From Acanthaster planci (Eukaryota): a stretch of DNA of 64,000 bases. The notes under the pieces were generated by a model. The model did not search any database. It saw only the letters and a program-made list of their open reading frames with translations, and was not told the DNA's origin. The stretch covers positions 974,381 through 1,038,380 of the forward strand of contig NW_019091359.1 of assembly GCF_001949145.1 (NCBI RefSeq), written 5' to 3'. Below, piece by piece: positions 24,543 to 39,548 of this stretch; the first letter of the stretch is position 1, and each line of letters starts with the position of its first letter. A program made the position numbers and the translations under genes.

Positions 24543-27500
24543 CTTTGGGTGGGTTAAAAAAAAAAGGATAAAGCTATCAAAAGGCACACGTAAAAATTAT
24601 ACTTATTATGTACACCAGTATAAAGGTTTTTCATGTGATGTAACATGACGGGCAAAGGCATTTCAGGAAGCGTACCATGTCTGTGAAGGCACGCACATTT
24701 TTATAGGCAATTTCATGTATGCAAGTATATTGAGAGACTTGGAAGGCACATGCGCTTCCACGCACATCTGTGTAAATTGAACGCTGACCGTCAAAAATCA
24801 AGTGACCGAAAATCTTCTATACATGCTGCATGGTCTGACTTCATGTGCAGTTTGCTGCGGCGGCGGTGGAAGTTGAGGACCTGTTTTCCTCGGGGGGTCT
24901 TCACTGTCACCACTGTCAAGATTTAAAGGGGTCTCAGTTGCGGCAGAAAAGTTCTGAAAGTTGGAAGGGGGCCCCGTGTTACATGTCTCTGGGGAGGACT
25001 GAAAGAGAGGGCAGACAATCTTTCCAAAATGCTAGAGGAAATTCCTCATGCTTGAGGACTGTGGCTTTGATCCCGGCAGACTTCTTAAGGCATATCCTCG
25101 CAAAGTACATGTAAGCCGCTGTTATTTACTTCAATAGCCTATCATTCATATTTAACAAATTCAGGAAAACTGCGGTGGACTGGCATTTTGGTAATCATGG
25201 TGGGGAAAAAAAGAAGAAAAAAAAAAGAAATCCAATACGTGTCTTTGCATTATTTTTGTGTAATTTAAAAAGCATTCTGTGCAAAACAGATAGAATAAGA
25301 TAATCCAAGGGAAACTACGTGTAAATCCTATGTACAATTAGATAACCCCCCTTTCCCACCATGGGAAACACTTCCACAGGGAATCGCCTGGTGACGCTGC
25401 CGGTTTGAAGCCCTCAATATTGAGGTGAATCTTGTAAACACTGTTATGGGATGTTTTCACAGCTCTGCACTAACTTATAGCATCCCTATAACCGGTGTGA
25501 TTCCCATAGTCTGCTCAAATATTCACAAGGCCAACAAACCATGACACTAGATGTTTCATGAAATGAATGGAGAGATGGTACAGTACTTGTTTTCTATATT
25601 GAACATTGAAAATGGCACATAACATCTTCTTCACTCACAAACATGTCTGTGTACATAAACAAAGAACAGTGACGACAGCTGTTTCCCAAGACTTGCAACC
25701 AAAACTGATGTCAGAGAAATGACAATTGAGAGGTCCTGAATATATTCGGAACAGAAATCCTGACACCTTTTCACCCGTTGGGACAAGGATGACAAACACA
25801 ACATTGGAGGTATATGTACATGTAGACGGAATTATTGACAACATTTTGGAAGCCGGATGTCACCGTGACCAGAGTGGTTGTGGGTTGAAGTTGACGAGTC
25901 AAAAGCTCTGGAAAAGCTCTGAGTACATTCAACTTATATATCAATTAAACTCATGCCAGTATAGGGCAAATCTAAAGATAAAAACCAGCACAGCCTGTTG
26001 ATTTTTCAAGTGGATGACATGATAAATTGAAGTCGGACACCGTGTGTAATATTCCTTGACTTGGGTCAAGGTCAAACTGGAATCCTGCCTGGCAAACACT
26101 TCCTTCTAGGGTTGCAGATCTGGAATAACCTCTCCCTGTCTGTCATCTGAGTTCTCGAGTCCCTCGTCATCTCCTAACAAGGATGCTTGCCTGTTAGTGA
26201 CCGCCAGTTACTAATGAGGACTATTTAAAAACAGGGCCCATTTTTTTCTTACGGACCAGTCCCAGTACAATTTCTGGAGTTCATTACGGGCTTGTCACTG
26301 ATCAACCTTGAAGTGCCACAACATCATTTTGCGGGAAAGATCAGTCAATGTCAGAATTTGAAAATCAACATGAAAGTGGTTTTAAAGTATCTTTTTTTTA
26401 GTAGATTTCTCTTGAAAGACATTCAGATGGTTTAACAGCTCAAAATAACAATTTTGCTCTGACATAAACATCCAGCCATCAACACTCCCCCCCCTTTCAG
26501 CATAAAAAATGGAAAAAGTTGATTTTTTTTTGGTTACCTTCTGTTACATCTTCAAAAAACCCTTTCTGCATTGTTTCCTTCAAAAATGATTTGTGGGTTT
26601 CAAACTATGGACAGTGTGGGCCCTTCCCAACACTCAGAGGATTTTTTTTGCAGGTACCCCTAGAGGTAAAGTTCATTCTTTTCACACTGAAGCAATCCAA
26701 CCTCTGACCGTTTCTGACGTAAAAATTCAATTCTGACTTTGTATGGGAACAATGAGCATGACACCTATACTGCATGTCCACAGTGCAAACAATGCATACA
26801 AAGCATTGTTCTGCATCATGTCGAAATCCAAACCCTGAAGAATTTCTGGCCTCTAGTGTGGGCACAATGCAGTTTGGCTCAGTAAAACGCAACAAAACCT
26901 ACTAACACATGTACATGTAAATGGGCAGGTGTTTGCATATTAAACTTCCTATATAACTTGCGAAAGTACAAAACATTCCATGGTGGTCTGTAATGAACAT
27001 GAAGTGGGTAGGGAAATCATTGCCTCTGTGAGGTTCCCCCAAACCAATGGAACGAACGATTTTATCTTACTCCTCTTCTGTGAAGACCCCAATAATATTG
27101 GCCCCTCCTCCCAACACCTGCCCTGAATACCTAGGACCAAAGTGTAAACAACACTCTTGCAGTAATTGCAGGCGGTCATTTTCTCAGTACGCGACTGAGG
27201 CCGACCTGGTCCCGGTATTTCACTGTGACCGACTTGTGACTCAAGCCCCCCTGTTTCCTGAGCGTGGGTTATCTACACAAATTAGCCCAAATTGGAATGG
27301 ACGAGCGCTAATCCAGGTTGGATTAAGAGTTGAGCCCTGGAGCTTAGTGGCAATCAGTGTCTGGCTGTGTGGTTAGGTGACAACGGAGGTGGGGGGGGAG
27401 TTTGGGGATGGGGATGAGGGTTAGTGCCAAACCACATGCAGGTGGGTTTCTCAAACTGTCTTCACACTGCTGATAATTCACTGCTCATCAATCAGTTTGT

Positions 27501-30500
27501 TTGAGCATGTCTCAATGCTATACGTCTAGACGTTTACGGCTTGGTAACTTAATTTGCTTCCTATAGTGTCTGCTGCCTGTGTTTTGGGAGATGCTCTTTC
27601 TCTGCTGCCTTGTTTTGTCACTAAATACCAAATGCAAATTAACATACCCAATTCCTGCAAAATTCCATCCCAAGTTTTCAAGTTCCCAGTCCAAGATACG
27701 AATTGTAACAACAACATGAAGTTGTCATGTGTTTTGTTACCAGACGTGTGATCCAACTGCCTTGTGATCAGCTTGTGATGGACTTTAATACAACTCTGAT
27801 ACCAAGCAGCCTCCAAAATATGTCCTTAGAGTAAAGGAGCACCGGTACATTATTTAAATGTAGGTAATTTCACAAAATATTGAAATCCCGACATTGGCAC
27901 AGGAAGCCTGTTCCTGCAGGGAATAAAGATGATTTGCTTGTAGAGCAGTGGGTTCAATATACATGTACATCTATCCCTCTGTCCTGCAAAACATCATTCC
28001 ATCATTTTTATCACACAAGGACACACATGCTTAGATTTTACAATCAGCATAAATGCACAAGTTCATTTTCTGGTACGCGTCACAGCTAATTTAGCTGCTC
28101 CGTTATCAGGTTCTTAAACACAGTGAAATATCAGAACAGCGGATGCAATCTCGGCTACTAAATTTGACGAGCGGGATATCTTTCACATACACAAAACTGT
28201 GATCCGTCACAACTTCAATGATTTTCAACTTCTGCGCCTTCCCTCTTAATGCAGTTATCTTCACGGGCAGCGCCGCTAGTGCAGACAGGAGGGCTCTGTG
28301 ATCCCTCTACACAAACTACATATACATGTACATTGTACATTGTAGGTCCCAAACCACTACAGGATTAGTGGCTCTTTTACACAGTCACCAGACAGGAATC
28401 AGGTTCCTCATCTTCTTCTTCATTTTCTTCCTCTCCAATCCTTGCCGCATGCTGTGTGACTGATGCTTAGTCAGGTCCCGAGGGGGGAGGAATGCACTGT
28501 TGACTGGGATGGGGTTGATGTTACAGTCACTTTCAGGAGAGAGGCCTGCCAGTTTGATAAAAGTAAAGTGGACAGGATTTTCAAAATGTACATCCTGTTT
28601 CTATTTGGTAACATCATTCCCCCCCCTCTAAAAAAAATCTGCGAGGATGGATAAAATAAGGCGAGAAATTTTTTTTTATTCAATTGATGGAGAGCTCTGT
28701 CTTGAAAATGAAAGCTGAGTAGGACAGGGCTGTTTCATTTCAAACTGAAGATGGTCTAAACAAGGCCAATCGTACTGATGTCAACTCAAGTGATTGATTC
28801 TTGGACACTTTGACGGTGAAACGGAAACCGGATGGAGTGCTGCTGGCACTGTTGCCAATCTTGTAAAAAAAAAAAACCACTGAATTGACAAAACTAAACA
28901 GCCAGAGTCTAGGCCATGGCTGAAAATTGCTACTGACAGCTCAAAGAATATATTTTTTTGGAGATGTGCGTCTTGAAAACAAACTTGATGAAACACTGCT
29001 GACACTAAAATCGTCCATGATGGATGCCTTGTATCCTGTGAGCCATAGTTGAAGGAACAGCCTCAATGCAATTACCTCTTAATTGGGGACGAGAATGGCA
29101 CTTTGAAAATGAAACAATGAAACTAAAAGGGGAAATGAAGCGAGATTATTAAGGGGGCCCTATAAGGAACAACTTCTTATCTCAAACTTGGAGATACCAG
29201 TCCGTACATACATTATCACCGTCAGGACAGGGATGTGCACAGTGATGCATCTTCAGGAAATGTAAGCACAAAATGTGAGCCAATTTACCCTCAGTGGGAC
29301 CATGACCATTATTCAAAGAAACTTGTCAAAATGGCAGTATACAGCACTATGGGAGCCACTGTGAAAAAAGCTGCCTCTGACTTTTTCAATAAGATATAGA
29401 TCCAGTCGATGACGATATTGAGTGACTAATGATGGAATTTCACCAAATGGGTTGTCCACAGAAATTCGAATGGAACAGTATTAGGCCGGCAGATCTGTGT
29501 GTAGTAGCAAGTGACCACGTACCATACAACGCACTTGAGCAAGTACACATACCTGCTAATAGCAAGTGTACAAACACTGTCAATGTCGGCAAGTATCAGC
29601 AATGTTCATCTATGTGGAAATGCAACTCCTTTGTATTGTGTGCTTCTGTATTAACAAAGCAATGAATGCAAGCCTTGATCCAACTCCACCGCCCCGCTTG
29701 ACTACAACTCCATCTGACATGCCACTAATCCACAGAAGGGGTGAGTGTACATGCCTGGAACTGACGAAATTCATCCAACATGTACAATTTGACTGACCAG
29801 ATTTAAGGGGGCTTAAGCCGTAAAACCCCAAATTAGAAGTCTAGGGTCCCATGGACTTTGAGAACAAACTGTTTCAATTAGTGGGATGCTTCATTGGGAC
29901 ACGAATTAAACTGTATCTAGGGAAGTGGCTGTGGTGATTGAAAGGGATGTATTCTTCAAAATCCAGGGTAGCCTATATTTTCTGCCTGCGAAATCTTCAT
30001 CTTGTCTTGGAAGAGCTCCCAGCTTTATCGACACACTTAGTTAGACAACAGTCTTCAACATGAAAGCACCTACAGGTATTTACAAGAAGCATACAAAGAC
30101 TGCAGACGGCAGATCATAAGGTGACTAGATGAGGAAGTGCAGTCCTTCAATGACTTTTAGGATTAATCATAAAAAAGTGGTCCAAGTTGTCCAAGGCTGT
30201 AAATCCCATTTGTCACTCCTTCTCTTCACTTAAAGATCTATCTAGCAAGTCTAGTTGTCTCGTTATCAAAAAAATTCTCTGCCCATGAAACATGCATACA
30301 GTGTGTAAACAGGTAGATCATTTTGTCAGCTACAAATTCAACGACAGTCCTGGCAGGGGTAAAATGTGATTGATTGTGGCACGGCTATATTTACTTGTAT
30401 ACAACTTGTTCTCTTTCTCCATCTCATTCCAAAAAATATAACTTCATCCAATCTTTCACTGAAAGTTGTAACCCACAGCCCAGTTGATTTTGCTGAGTGT

Positions 30501-33500
30501 CCTAAAACATAAACAGTAGAATTATGGTCAGTAAATTCACCAATTCCAGGCAAGTTTGGACCAGATGAAATAAGCCATTCACTGATCATTCTGTGTACAT
30601 TTAGCTGGGAGTCATAAGTGATGTGATGAGTTATCCGGTTTGCAGAAAAGACATTTTGTGTGTTCTGAAAGTCTTTGAGCCACATTAAGCAACTTTCTCA
30701 GTAAGGAAGGTAGTATCTTACCAGTCCAGAGGCACACTTGTTCATTCATTGTCAAAATACTCTTTATCTCCAGGAATCAGGGTAAGAAAAACCAACTGGT
30801 CAAGGATATCATACAAGGGGAAAAAACACCATTACAACATGGCACTTTTGCAGCCTGTTGTGTCCTCTGCATTTTGTACGTTCTAAACGAAATTAAGAAT
30901 CACGCAGAGAAAAGGGTTGCGCAAAATCTGCAGGATGGTGTCTTTATTTCTTCACTTTTTGACTCCACACGATTCCCCCCCATCCTGAATGTTGCCAAAA
31001 CCAACATTTAAACAGGTAATTTGAATTATCTGCAAGGGAGCAGTACAATCTATCAGAAAACAGCCTGTTGCAGCCTTCCACCAAGTCACACCAACACATA
31101 GGGACCTGTGCTGGTTTGCTGCCAAACAAGGGATGCTGGAAATTTTCCTTTATTAGGTATAAATTGCTGACATTATCAGACCACTGCACCATAACAAGAG
31201 TGTGACCTGTCACCTGCCAACACACCCTGAATCCAACTCAACTCATGTGCAATTTCAAGTATGTTTGGAGCCAAGTTTCACGTTCAAACATCTGACAACT
31301 CAATGTGCTTGGGCATTTTATGACATGTACATGTATTCATGTCACTTTCGCTCTAACAGTTCCTGTCATCTGATTGGGGAATTCTTATCACATGACTTAC
31401 TCGTTCAAATACCGTACACCCCGAGCCGCATTGCAGATTTCTTGTAGGCAACTAAGGTGAAGCCACTAAGCCTATGCACTGTGACATCATTTATAAGATC
31501 CAGCTGGATTGATATCAAGTGTGGCAAAAGTATGACATTAATTTCCCCATTTTCCTCCTTGCGTTTCACTTCACAGCCCTTACCTTCCACTCCTTTATCC
31601 AAGCCAGTCTGCCAGGATTGAAAGCATCGGTGTTGAATGTCACAGGGCTGTGACGGACTTTTTCAAGAAATCTTCAAATCACAGAGATCTGTATGTGTGT
31701 TTTGGTTGTGAGAGAACACAGGGCATTTTGTATGGGACATTAATTCCATGATTCGGAGCCTTGTCCTTCAGTAACTTCAAAAACTTCTTTTGCTGTTTAG
31801 ATGTGCTTTTCCTGTTCACAGGTGGTTCTTTACAGCACAGATACAACACACAGAATAGTGCAACAGTATAGAATGTTGTACAAATCTTGCCAAAATGGAT
31901 GTCACAACAAAATAGGGGTTGAAGGCCCCAAGTTAAATACAAATAAGAACTTTCATAATCTGTAAGATCAAGTCAAAAGACAAATATGTTTCACATTTTT
32001 TCTCCTCAATTTGCTCAAAATCATTATGAAGACCTCCTATTTCTTTCATCTTAGGCATTTCAGATTTTCTCCAACACATACAAAGGGTTTGTGTTGTCTG
32101 TTCATACATGTAAGCAATCACACATTCGCCATTTGTACCTCTGTCTAGAGCTACAGTATGTCCAAGCCACCTCACAAGGCCAACAGCTGTGATTGCAAGT
32201 ACATGTCCACATCCATGTACATGTATGTACATGAAATTCCCTTTGCATGCAATGCTGTTGTGCCTGGTTATTGCACGTGTACATGCTTGAAATATAACAG
32301 ACCCCTGTTGTTAAGCCGTGTTCCTTTACTGGTGGCAAAGTTAGCCCTACCCTATGAGGGCAGCATGCTAAAATAGGCAGAACTCAGGAAACAACTTTGC
32401 TACTGGCTGAACAAACAAGCCGCCCCATTGCCACAAAAGAACTTTCCGTCTCAACAGCTCTTGGTCACCAGCTTTTTTCGCGTCTAGCTTTTGTCTCCCT
32501 CAGAAAAATTTGCGGAACCTACGGTTCTCCAATTTCCAAGCCAGTTAAGGGCACCACCATCTGTTTACCTTTGCAATTTAGCGGCACTGTACAAAAATCT
32601 AAAGCTTCCTTTTCCCAGACCACCCACTTCTCATCCTCTGATCTTATGTCATCTCCCAGTGACCAGTTTGAGCAGCTGCATGGGTACTGGTTACGTTCAG
32701 CTGGATGGGAGCTGTGCAGTGTTGGCCATTATCCAATACGGGCCAGCAGGACGTGAACACAAGTGCCTCCCTGTCAAATCTGACCATGATGACAAGAGCC
32801 AAGTTGCACAAAGGATGTAGGCAAACCACACGTGCAATGTCAATGTCCGGAGAGGCAATACGGGATAACCTTTTTTATCAGAGAAAACTTGCCGGGATAT
32901 TTAAAGAACCTGACAATTAACAGAGTCACCAGCAGTATCTGGGACACCTGTACAACCGAAACTCCAGAGCCACGTGCCAAAAGTTATACCGGTAACTGAG
33001 TCCACAAGTCTATCACAAGCCATCAAGTCGCAAGTCATAAATTCTTCAATTGAACTGTGAAAGAAGCATTCTTTTGACACTCTTCACCCTGGTTCTTCTG
33101 ATTGGTCTATGGAGAGGATTTGACTAAATGCATGAAGACAGCAAGTGTGTGCTAAAGGAACAAACGTTAAGACCGATTCATACTTGCGTGGGAAAGCTTG
33201 TCCAAATGTGATTTTGTGATGTCAGATCAAATCCTACCACTGCCACTTTGCAAACCTTCAATCAGTAACAGCCCCCCCCATGTAAATTTATTAACCCATT
33301 TCAGTAAAGAGTCCTTCAGATGCCACTGCACCGTACAAGTGATGTGATTATGGGATACACATGCATGTAATCAATAATCAAAAGTTTAGTTTTGGGGTGT
33401 CACAATGCATTTCCACCTTTTCTGAAGAACTGCGATCCAATCTGACCTTCCAGTTTCCCAGGTACATGTACATGTAGTTGACTTCAGACGGTCCTTAAAC

Positions 33501-34826
33501 CAACAACGCTGATTGGCTCTTCCTCCCGACAATCCCTGTCTTCCTGTTGTTCATCGTAAGCACGATTCAAGAGCACATGCCAAATAGTAGAAATCACGCA
33601 AATCTTCTCCTTATAAGGTAACAACTTGGCACATGCACACATATCAGCAAGAAGAAAACGGCCTTTGAAAAATGACACTGAAAGACGAAATCTGTCATCA
33701 ACTTTCTTTAGTTCTGGCAACATTTCCTGAACTGCTACTATGTGTACATGTATGTACATGTACATGTACATGTACGTCTCCCTTTGAAGTTTTCAAGATT
33801 CAGACATCTATACAGAAGCACCATAAAACCATCCCTCTTACATGTACATGAATTTTCAAAAATACCTGCTCCCAAACTGGTCTCTGATCGGATTCCAATT
33901 CAATTCTTAGATTATGTTTCAAATGTTTCAGCCACTTCTTCACAGATTCTCCAAAGATTCTAAAATTTTTGACCATGAAATTTGGAGAGACAGCTTTCCT
34001 TTTTCCCCCACAATAGGGTATAACAAAAAAAAGATCTGATGTACACTGTACATGTTTGTATCAATAAGGGTTGTGTTAACACCAGAATATCATTAATACT
34101 GCAACTACATGTACATATAACCGTATAGGCCTACATGTACATGTACAGTATTTGTAGAATTTTGATTGAGCATGCATGAGCATATGTACATGTACATGTA
34201 GACTGGGCTTAAAAAGGAAAGATCTGGGTAAACGGTTAACATGTAAAGCATTCCTTAATGAATAGATAATTCTCAATGAGAAGTGTACTTGTACTGTTCT
34301 GTGATGGACAATTAGAGTTTGCCTGTTTGGGTAGGGCAAATGTGTTTGCTGGAAGTGGAAGTCAGGGACCTAGATTCAAAAGCAGTCAAAGTCCCGCAGG
34401 CTGAGTCTTACTACCCCAAACTGAGTGTGAGCTGTGACTCAGATGAGTCTACTTTTCAGTTTCACTGACGAGTCTGCATTTCCGACGCAGCTTCTTGGCA
34501 GCAAACACTGCTGAGCAAACATTCTGGCTCAGCAAAATCAAGCTGGGAAACAGTAAGCAAAGAAGCACTACGTGACCTTTCGGTTGATGATCCAGGCCCA
34601 GAAGGTTTTGTTGGGCAATTGACATGCTGAGGGTAGGTCAGCTGTGAGCTAGTCACAAGCAATATACATGCACATTGTGCGACTCTTGTTACTGATCCCC
34701 TTTTTCTTGCCAGTGTTTTGTACATGAATGTGCCCAGTGAGTATCTCCTGGAAAACCAGTCATAAGCCTTCTACAGCATTGCATGATTTTAGGCAGGCTA
34801 CCTGTTTTCTTTAAATTGGCTGCGCA

Positions 34827-35186
34827 CAGAGTTCCCACAGAAACCTGAAAACCAAATTCCATGACTTTATGAAGGACTAAAATTTGACAATTACTGTGAC
34901 ACTCAATGCCATTTTGCAGAGAAAATTTTGTTATAGACTGACAAGGATATACTAGAACGTAAGGGGTAAATTCATCATTATTCTACATGTACTATCACAT
35001 TAAACATGACCCATCAAAAGTAAACCTTGCATGATCTTGATTTCCATGAATTTCCGTGACTTTTTCCAGGCTGACAACAGGATTCATGGACAGCCTTTCC
35101 TCCCACTTTTCCATGATTTTGTATGACTTTTCCATACAACTTTGTTGCAGGATTTTTCCAGAATTTCCATGACTGTTGGGACCCTG
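34827..35186. mobile_element. non-autonomous DNA transposon (CAGGGTTCCCAC-type TIR, internal TTCCATGAC repeats)
   Basis: cagagttcccacag / ctgttgggaccctg, with multiple ttttccatga(c/t) subterminal repeats. A related fragment lies at ~18262-18406. Confidence 0.6.
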
Positions 35187-37842
35187 CGAGCAAGCATTTT
35201 CTTTCTGCGCTGAGCCAATTACTGTGCTAGACATCTTACAAAATTTGACCTCAGATAATCTACCTCTCAGTCATACATCTACGTATGCACTGATATGAAT
35301 CCAAGCTTGCACAATTTCTCTGTGCCCATGTAGGCTGACAATTGAGCGGTTGACAGAATTGGAGCAGGGGTCACTTGGCCCCGGGGAATGACTCAGGAAA
35401 TGCCCCCAAGTGGTTCGGCTCCATCACAGCCGACTGCCAATCTGCACATGCCAGTTCACATAAAAGAGGACGGGGGCGCGACTCACCCCAGGCTGCGAGA
35501 ACATGAAGGGGGCTTTCTCTCGCTCCATCCATCACTCGAATGTGCACAGCAATCAATGCTGTGCAGGCATCTGTGATAATAGGCCCGTTTCCTGTCACGG
35601 CTAATTGTTGTGGAGCTACTTCATGAAACCCTACTAAACTTAGCAATTTTTCCAGCAGCCTGTCTTGAATCAAGATTTCAATATCAACCATTATACAGGA
35701 AAACATATTAACCCAAAGACATATTCTCTGTACTTGAATTTCCAACAGGCATCAGGTCCCATGTTGGCTGGGCTCTGCCTTCGTCAATCCTACATGATCC
35801 TGAAAAATCTCTGAGTGATTTTGGAGGATCTGGGTGGGGTTAGGACTAATGTTCTGGTATTAAAAGCTGCTCCTGACTTTATGTAACTACTCACATATAT
35901 TATACAAGGTCCAAAATGCACAGGTACATGTACATGTATTTATTTACTGTGTTTGGGTCACCTAGCACTGTACGTTCTGGTACATGTACTTTCATCCAAA
36001 CACTGGCTAAACTCACATACATGTTAAATACAAGTGATTCACGACACACTGATCATTGGCAGAACAAATCCAGCTTTTACCAAAAGTGCATTTCAGAGAA
36101 AAAGAATTACATATGCATGTACATCCATGTAATAGACACTGTCAAACATTATGCATCTCATACTAGGCGACAAGGACTTGGTAGCATTTGCTTTTTTCTT
36201 TAATTTCTAACCAACATGCATTGAGTTTGAACTTTTTGGTTAATAAGGGACATTCTCATTCAGGGCACTTCCACATGCACTTGTGGTACTGTACCGTACG
36301 TCCACCATTAAGAGACCGGTGATTAACTGCAAGACAATACAGAGGAAGTCAAGTATAGAGTTCCAAATTGCCTCTTTGTGGCAAGTGCTTCGTGGCACTC
36401 TACATGCCGAATGCGTCTGCTGTTAACTGGCAGTGGAACCCAGCACAAATTGGACAAACGTGAGCGGACTTGTTCACACGCACACCACCAGTGTTCAGGA
36501 AGAGTTCTCTCAAATTGGCTCCCGTGGGAAGGCTGTGCAGGGAACTCACTGCTTCCTGAGTGGAAGGCAAGCTGATGAACATCTGATGTTAAACACAATG
36601 GTAACCCGGAATGTGGTGCGAGATTGCAAAGCAATTCTGACACATGACAATTCAAATTTTCTTTGCACTTGAAGTCTGCCAGACACACAGTGAGGGCTCT
36701 GCTATGGGTGTGAGGGGCCATTCTCAAAGACAGGCAGAGAATGAAAACTTGTGATGCATAGAAAATCTGCTGAGCCTGAATAGGATATTATGCCCCTATA
36801 AATCTGTAGTCCTTTGGAATTCCTTTTATCATTTTTCAGTGACTGCACTTTTTTTTGTACAATGCAAGTAGGCAAACGTACCGATATCATTTCCTTATAA
36901 AGACAAATACCATAGTTCATTCCCTGCATCAACCCTCAGTTGTGTTAGCTTCAATGGTAGCAAAATACAGTACATGTTGGCCTACATGTATGTTTATTCA
37001 TGTAATGCAAGTATTTGTATGCCTGTATGCTGGTGAATCCAGTGTTTAGGGCTCACCGGGCAAGCCACATCTGCTAAGCACTGCTGTTGGCTGGATGAAA
37101 CTGCTTGATGGACTTAAAGTGACCTTGCACCTACTGAAGCCTCGTCGTCACATGCTGTGGATGTACATGTACATGTAGCTTTGGCCATAAATCCACACAA
37201 TGCTACCAACATCTACATGCACATTTGCCAGAGAAGTTACCAAATAAATTAATACACAATGTGCATACTGTACATGTATGTATTGAATGCACCATATCAA
37301 GCACAGTTTTGACATCTCCTGCACAACCTAATGTACATGTAGATGTACTTGTGGTTGAACTGCAATGAGATTTACATGTATGATGGGCTTTTCAACAACT
37401 CTGCAGTTGTCTGCTTGATGTTCCCCCCGAACAAGTTTTTTACCACATCACGAGTGAGGATGTGCATACCTGGAACAATTTTTCTGCTACAGTTTCCCTC
37501 AAAGTACCGGTAAATTGTCATATCAGTATGCAGACAGCACGGGATCAAGGGTAAAATCATCAAATTTCCAATCTGTGTTTAAGTTGAACAGCCAGTATTT
37601 GTAGCAACTATCAATCAACGGTGGGGCCTCGGAGTGTTGCAAAAATAATGTGACTGTCTCAGAGAAAATGGTGTACAAATCTTGCACAAATTACTCGCAA
37701 GTATCGGTATTTGAGAGGTCACACTGGGTCATGAGAAATGGAACATGGTATCCAGTCCTTTATCTAAAGTTGAAAATAACACTATGGCTGAAGTCACTTT
37801 GTTGCGAAATGATACTGCCCTCGAGTGGTTACTGCCACCTAC

Positions 37843-38064
37843 CAGTGGTTCGTTGCCCTTGACCAATCGTACGACTTTCACCGAGCTGTCCTCTTGGTAC
37901 TCTGTGTCTGGTGGGCCTGGGACCTCCGGCAGCTGGGGGATGTACTCCCCGTTGGCCAGCTTGTCGTGGGAGTCAAACAGCGCCCTCATGTGGGGTTTCA
38001 TCAGCAAGAAACACAGCTCTCGCACCTCGGGAATCATGGCAAAGTTCAGCATGTCATTGCACAG
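37843..38064 (-). CDS. MPP7: MPP7-like coding exon 4 (L27C + PDZ start)
   Basis: tattag/gtaggt. LCNDMLNFAMIPEVRELCFLLMKPHMRALFDSHDKLANGEYIPQLPEVPGPPDTEYQEDSSVKVVRLVKGNEPL. Confidence 0.94.
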
Positions 38065-38306
38065 CTAATAGGAAACAATGAGAGAAATTGATGATTGCTG
38101 ATCAATGATCAACAATTACTGATTTCTTCAGACATTCTTGGTTATGATCGTAAATGTTTATGTTCTCCACAATCCCACATTGACTGTCAAATGCTGGTTT
38201 ACAGCTTACAGGACATGCGCATGTACATGACAAATTTTGAACAGATCACACAAAAGGGTCTTCAGGCCATCTCTTTAGAAGTTTTTAGTTTGCATTGAAA
38301 CAAACC

Positions 38307-38335
38307 GGACTCCTTGTCTTTAAGACAAGGAGTCC
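38307..38335. repeat. perfect 14-bp palindrome
   Basis: ggactccttgtctt-t-aagacaaggagtcc. Confidence 0.8.
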
Positions 38336-39470
38336 AGTTATGTATGAGTAATAATGTATCACTCATTTTGGTATCCTGAAGAAAATTTTATGTGGGCGAA
38401 AAATGTTGAGGTTCCTTTCGATTTACACCGCAGAAGATTTTTGAAGGCCTTTAACTCTTAAGTGGCTCTGATGACTTGAAATTCATTTTGTTAGGATGGG
38501 CCATATTTTATCTTGAAGAAGGGAAAAAAATGAATTGGAGCTGGGGAAAAATGGTTTCCCCTGCATGACTACTTGTGAAATACATGTATCTCTATGCATG
38601 AATACAAGCAAGGTTAAAATAACAGACCCACTAGGAGGACAAACCGAGTAGGAACTAAAAAGGTGACTATCATTAGCCAATGAACACAAGTGCAGGTGGA
38701 TAATTGGAACATACATGATCACCTGATCATTCATCACCTGATGAAAATGAACACACAGACCCAAGCAATTTGGAGGTCAATTTTTTTCTCTGAACTGTAT
38801 GTGTACTTGAAAACCAAATAAATTACAATTACTGATGAAGAATATTGGTAAATTGAACAAGCACTGAATGTTGTACAAGTGAATGCCAGTTATGCCTGGT
38901 TTCCATATGTAACACATTGGTTTGTAACACAGACGGTCCGCAAGACGTGAAGACGCAGACACAGACGGTGCATGAAGTAATTTCACCAAAAATTGAAACA
39001 AAGTGGCATCTGAAACTCCATCATTTTTTGCGGAAATACCCTTTTAGATTGACTGCATCACCTCATGATGCCAAACCTGTACTCCAGTTTCATGCATTTC
39101 ATTGATGGTCAGCCGTTTAGCTGATCATAAGGGTGTAATATTTAAGCATTAAGGAGAAAATGGGCACAAATTTGTGGAACTAACTAAGAGGGACGTAATT
39201 GCACGCCGGCCATACCAGCATGCATGTTTGTATTGGGATACTGTGGCTACTCGACGCAGACAGGCGGCAAAGTTGAACCTGGCTCAACTCAACTTTGCGG
39301 ATCATTCACAGGCTGGTTTGCTTTTGTCTAAGTTGTTGGTGATACCTCTGTTTGGCATTGTTCCCTTCATGTACCAGTACAGGTATGCCCGCATTGCAGT
39401 TTGCGTCTTGATTGTGTTGCTCTCTGTGTTTTCGATACAGAAACCAGGCTTTACATGTATATGTACTTAC

Positions 39471-39548
39471 AGCAGTCATGGCAGCTGTGGAGTTTAACGT
39501 CACAGGGTTGCACTGGTTTTCCCCATAGATTTTCACTGCATTGTGTGC
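39471..39548 (-). CDS. MPP7: MPP7-like coding exon 3 (L27N end/linker)
   Basis: Strong ttttttttcag acceptor and gtaagt donor. AHNAVKIYGENQCNPVTLNSTAAMTA. Phase 0-0, and it fills the expected gap between the L27 domains. Confidence 0.85.

Noticed and set aside
28745..28775. CTGAAGA-T-GGTC...GGCC hammerhead-like start
   Set aside because: GAAA core is absent.
34465..34490. CTGACGA-GTC...GAC hammerhead-like start
   Set aside because: Followed by GCAG rather than GAAA, with no closing helices.
24543..37842. Nested gene in the 13-kb intron (e.g. ORFs 33484-33771, 35371-35745, 36323-36727)
   Set aside because: No recognisable domain or consistent exon chain found by eye. A BLASTX could still reveal one.
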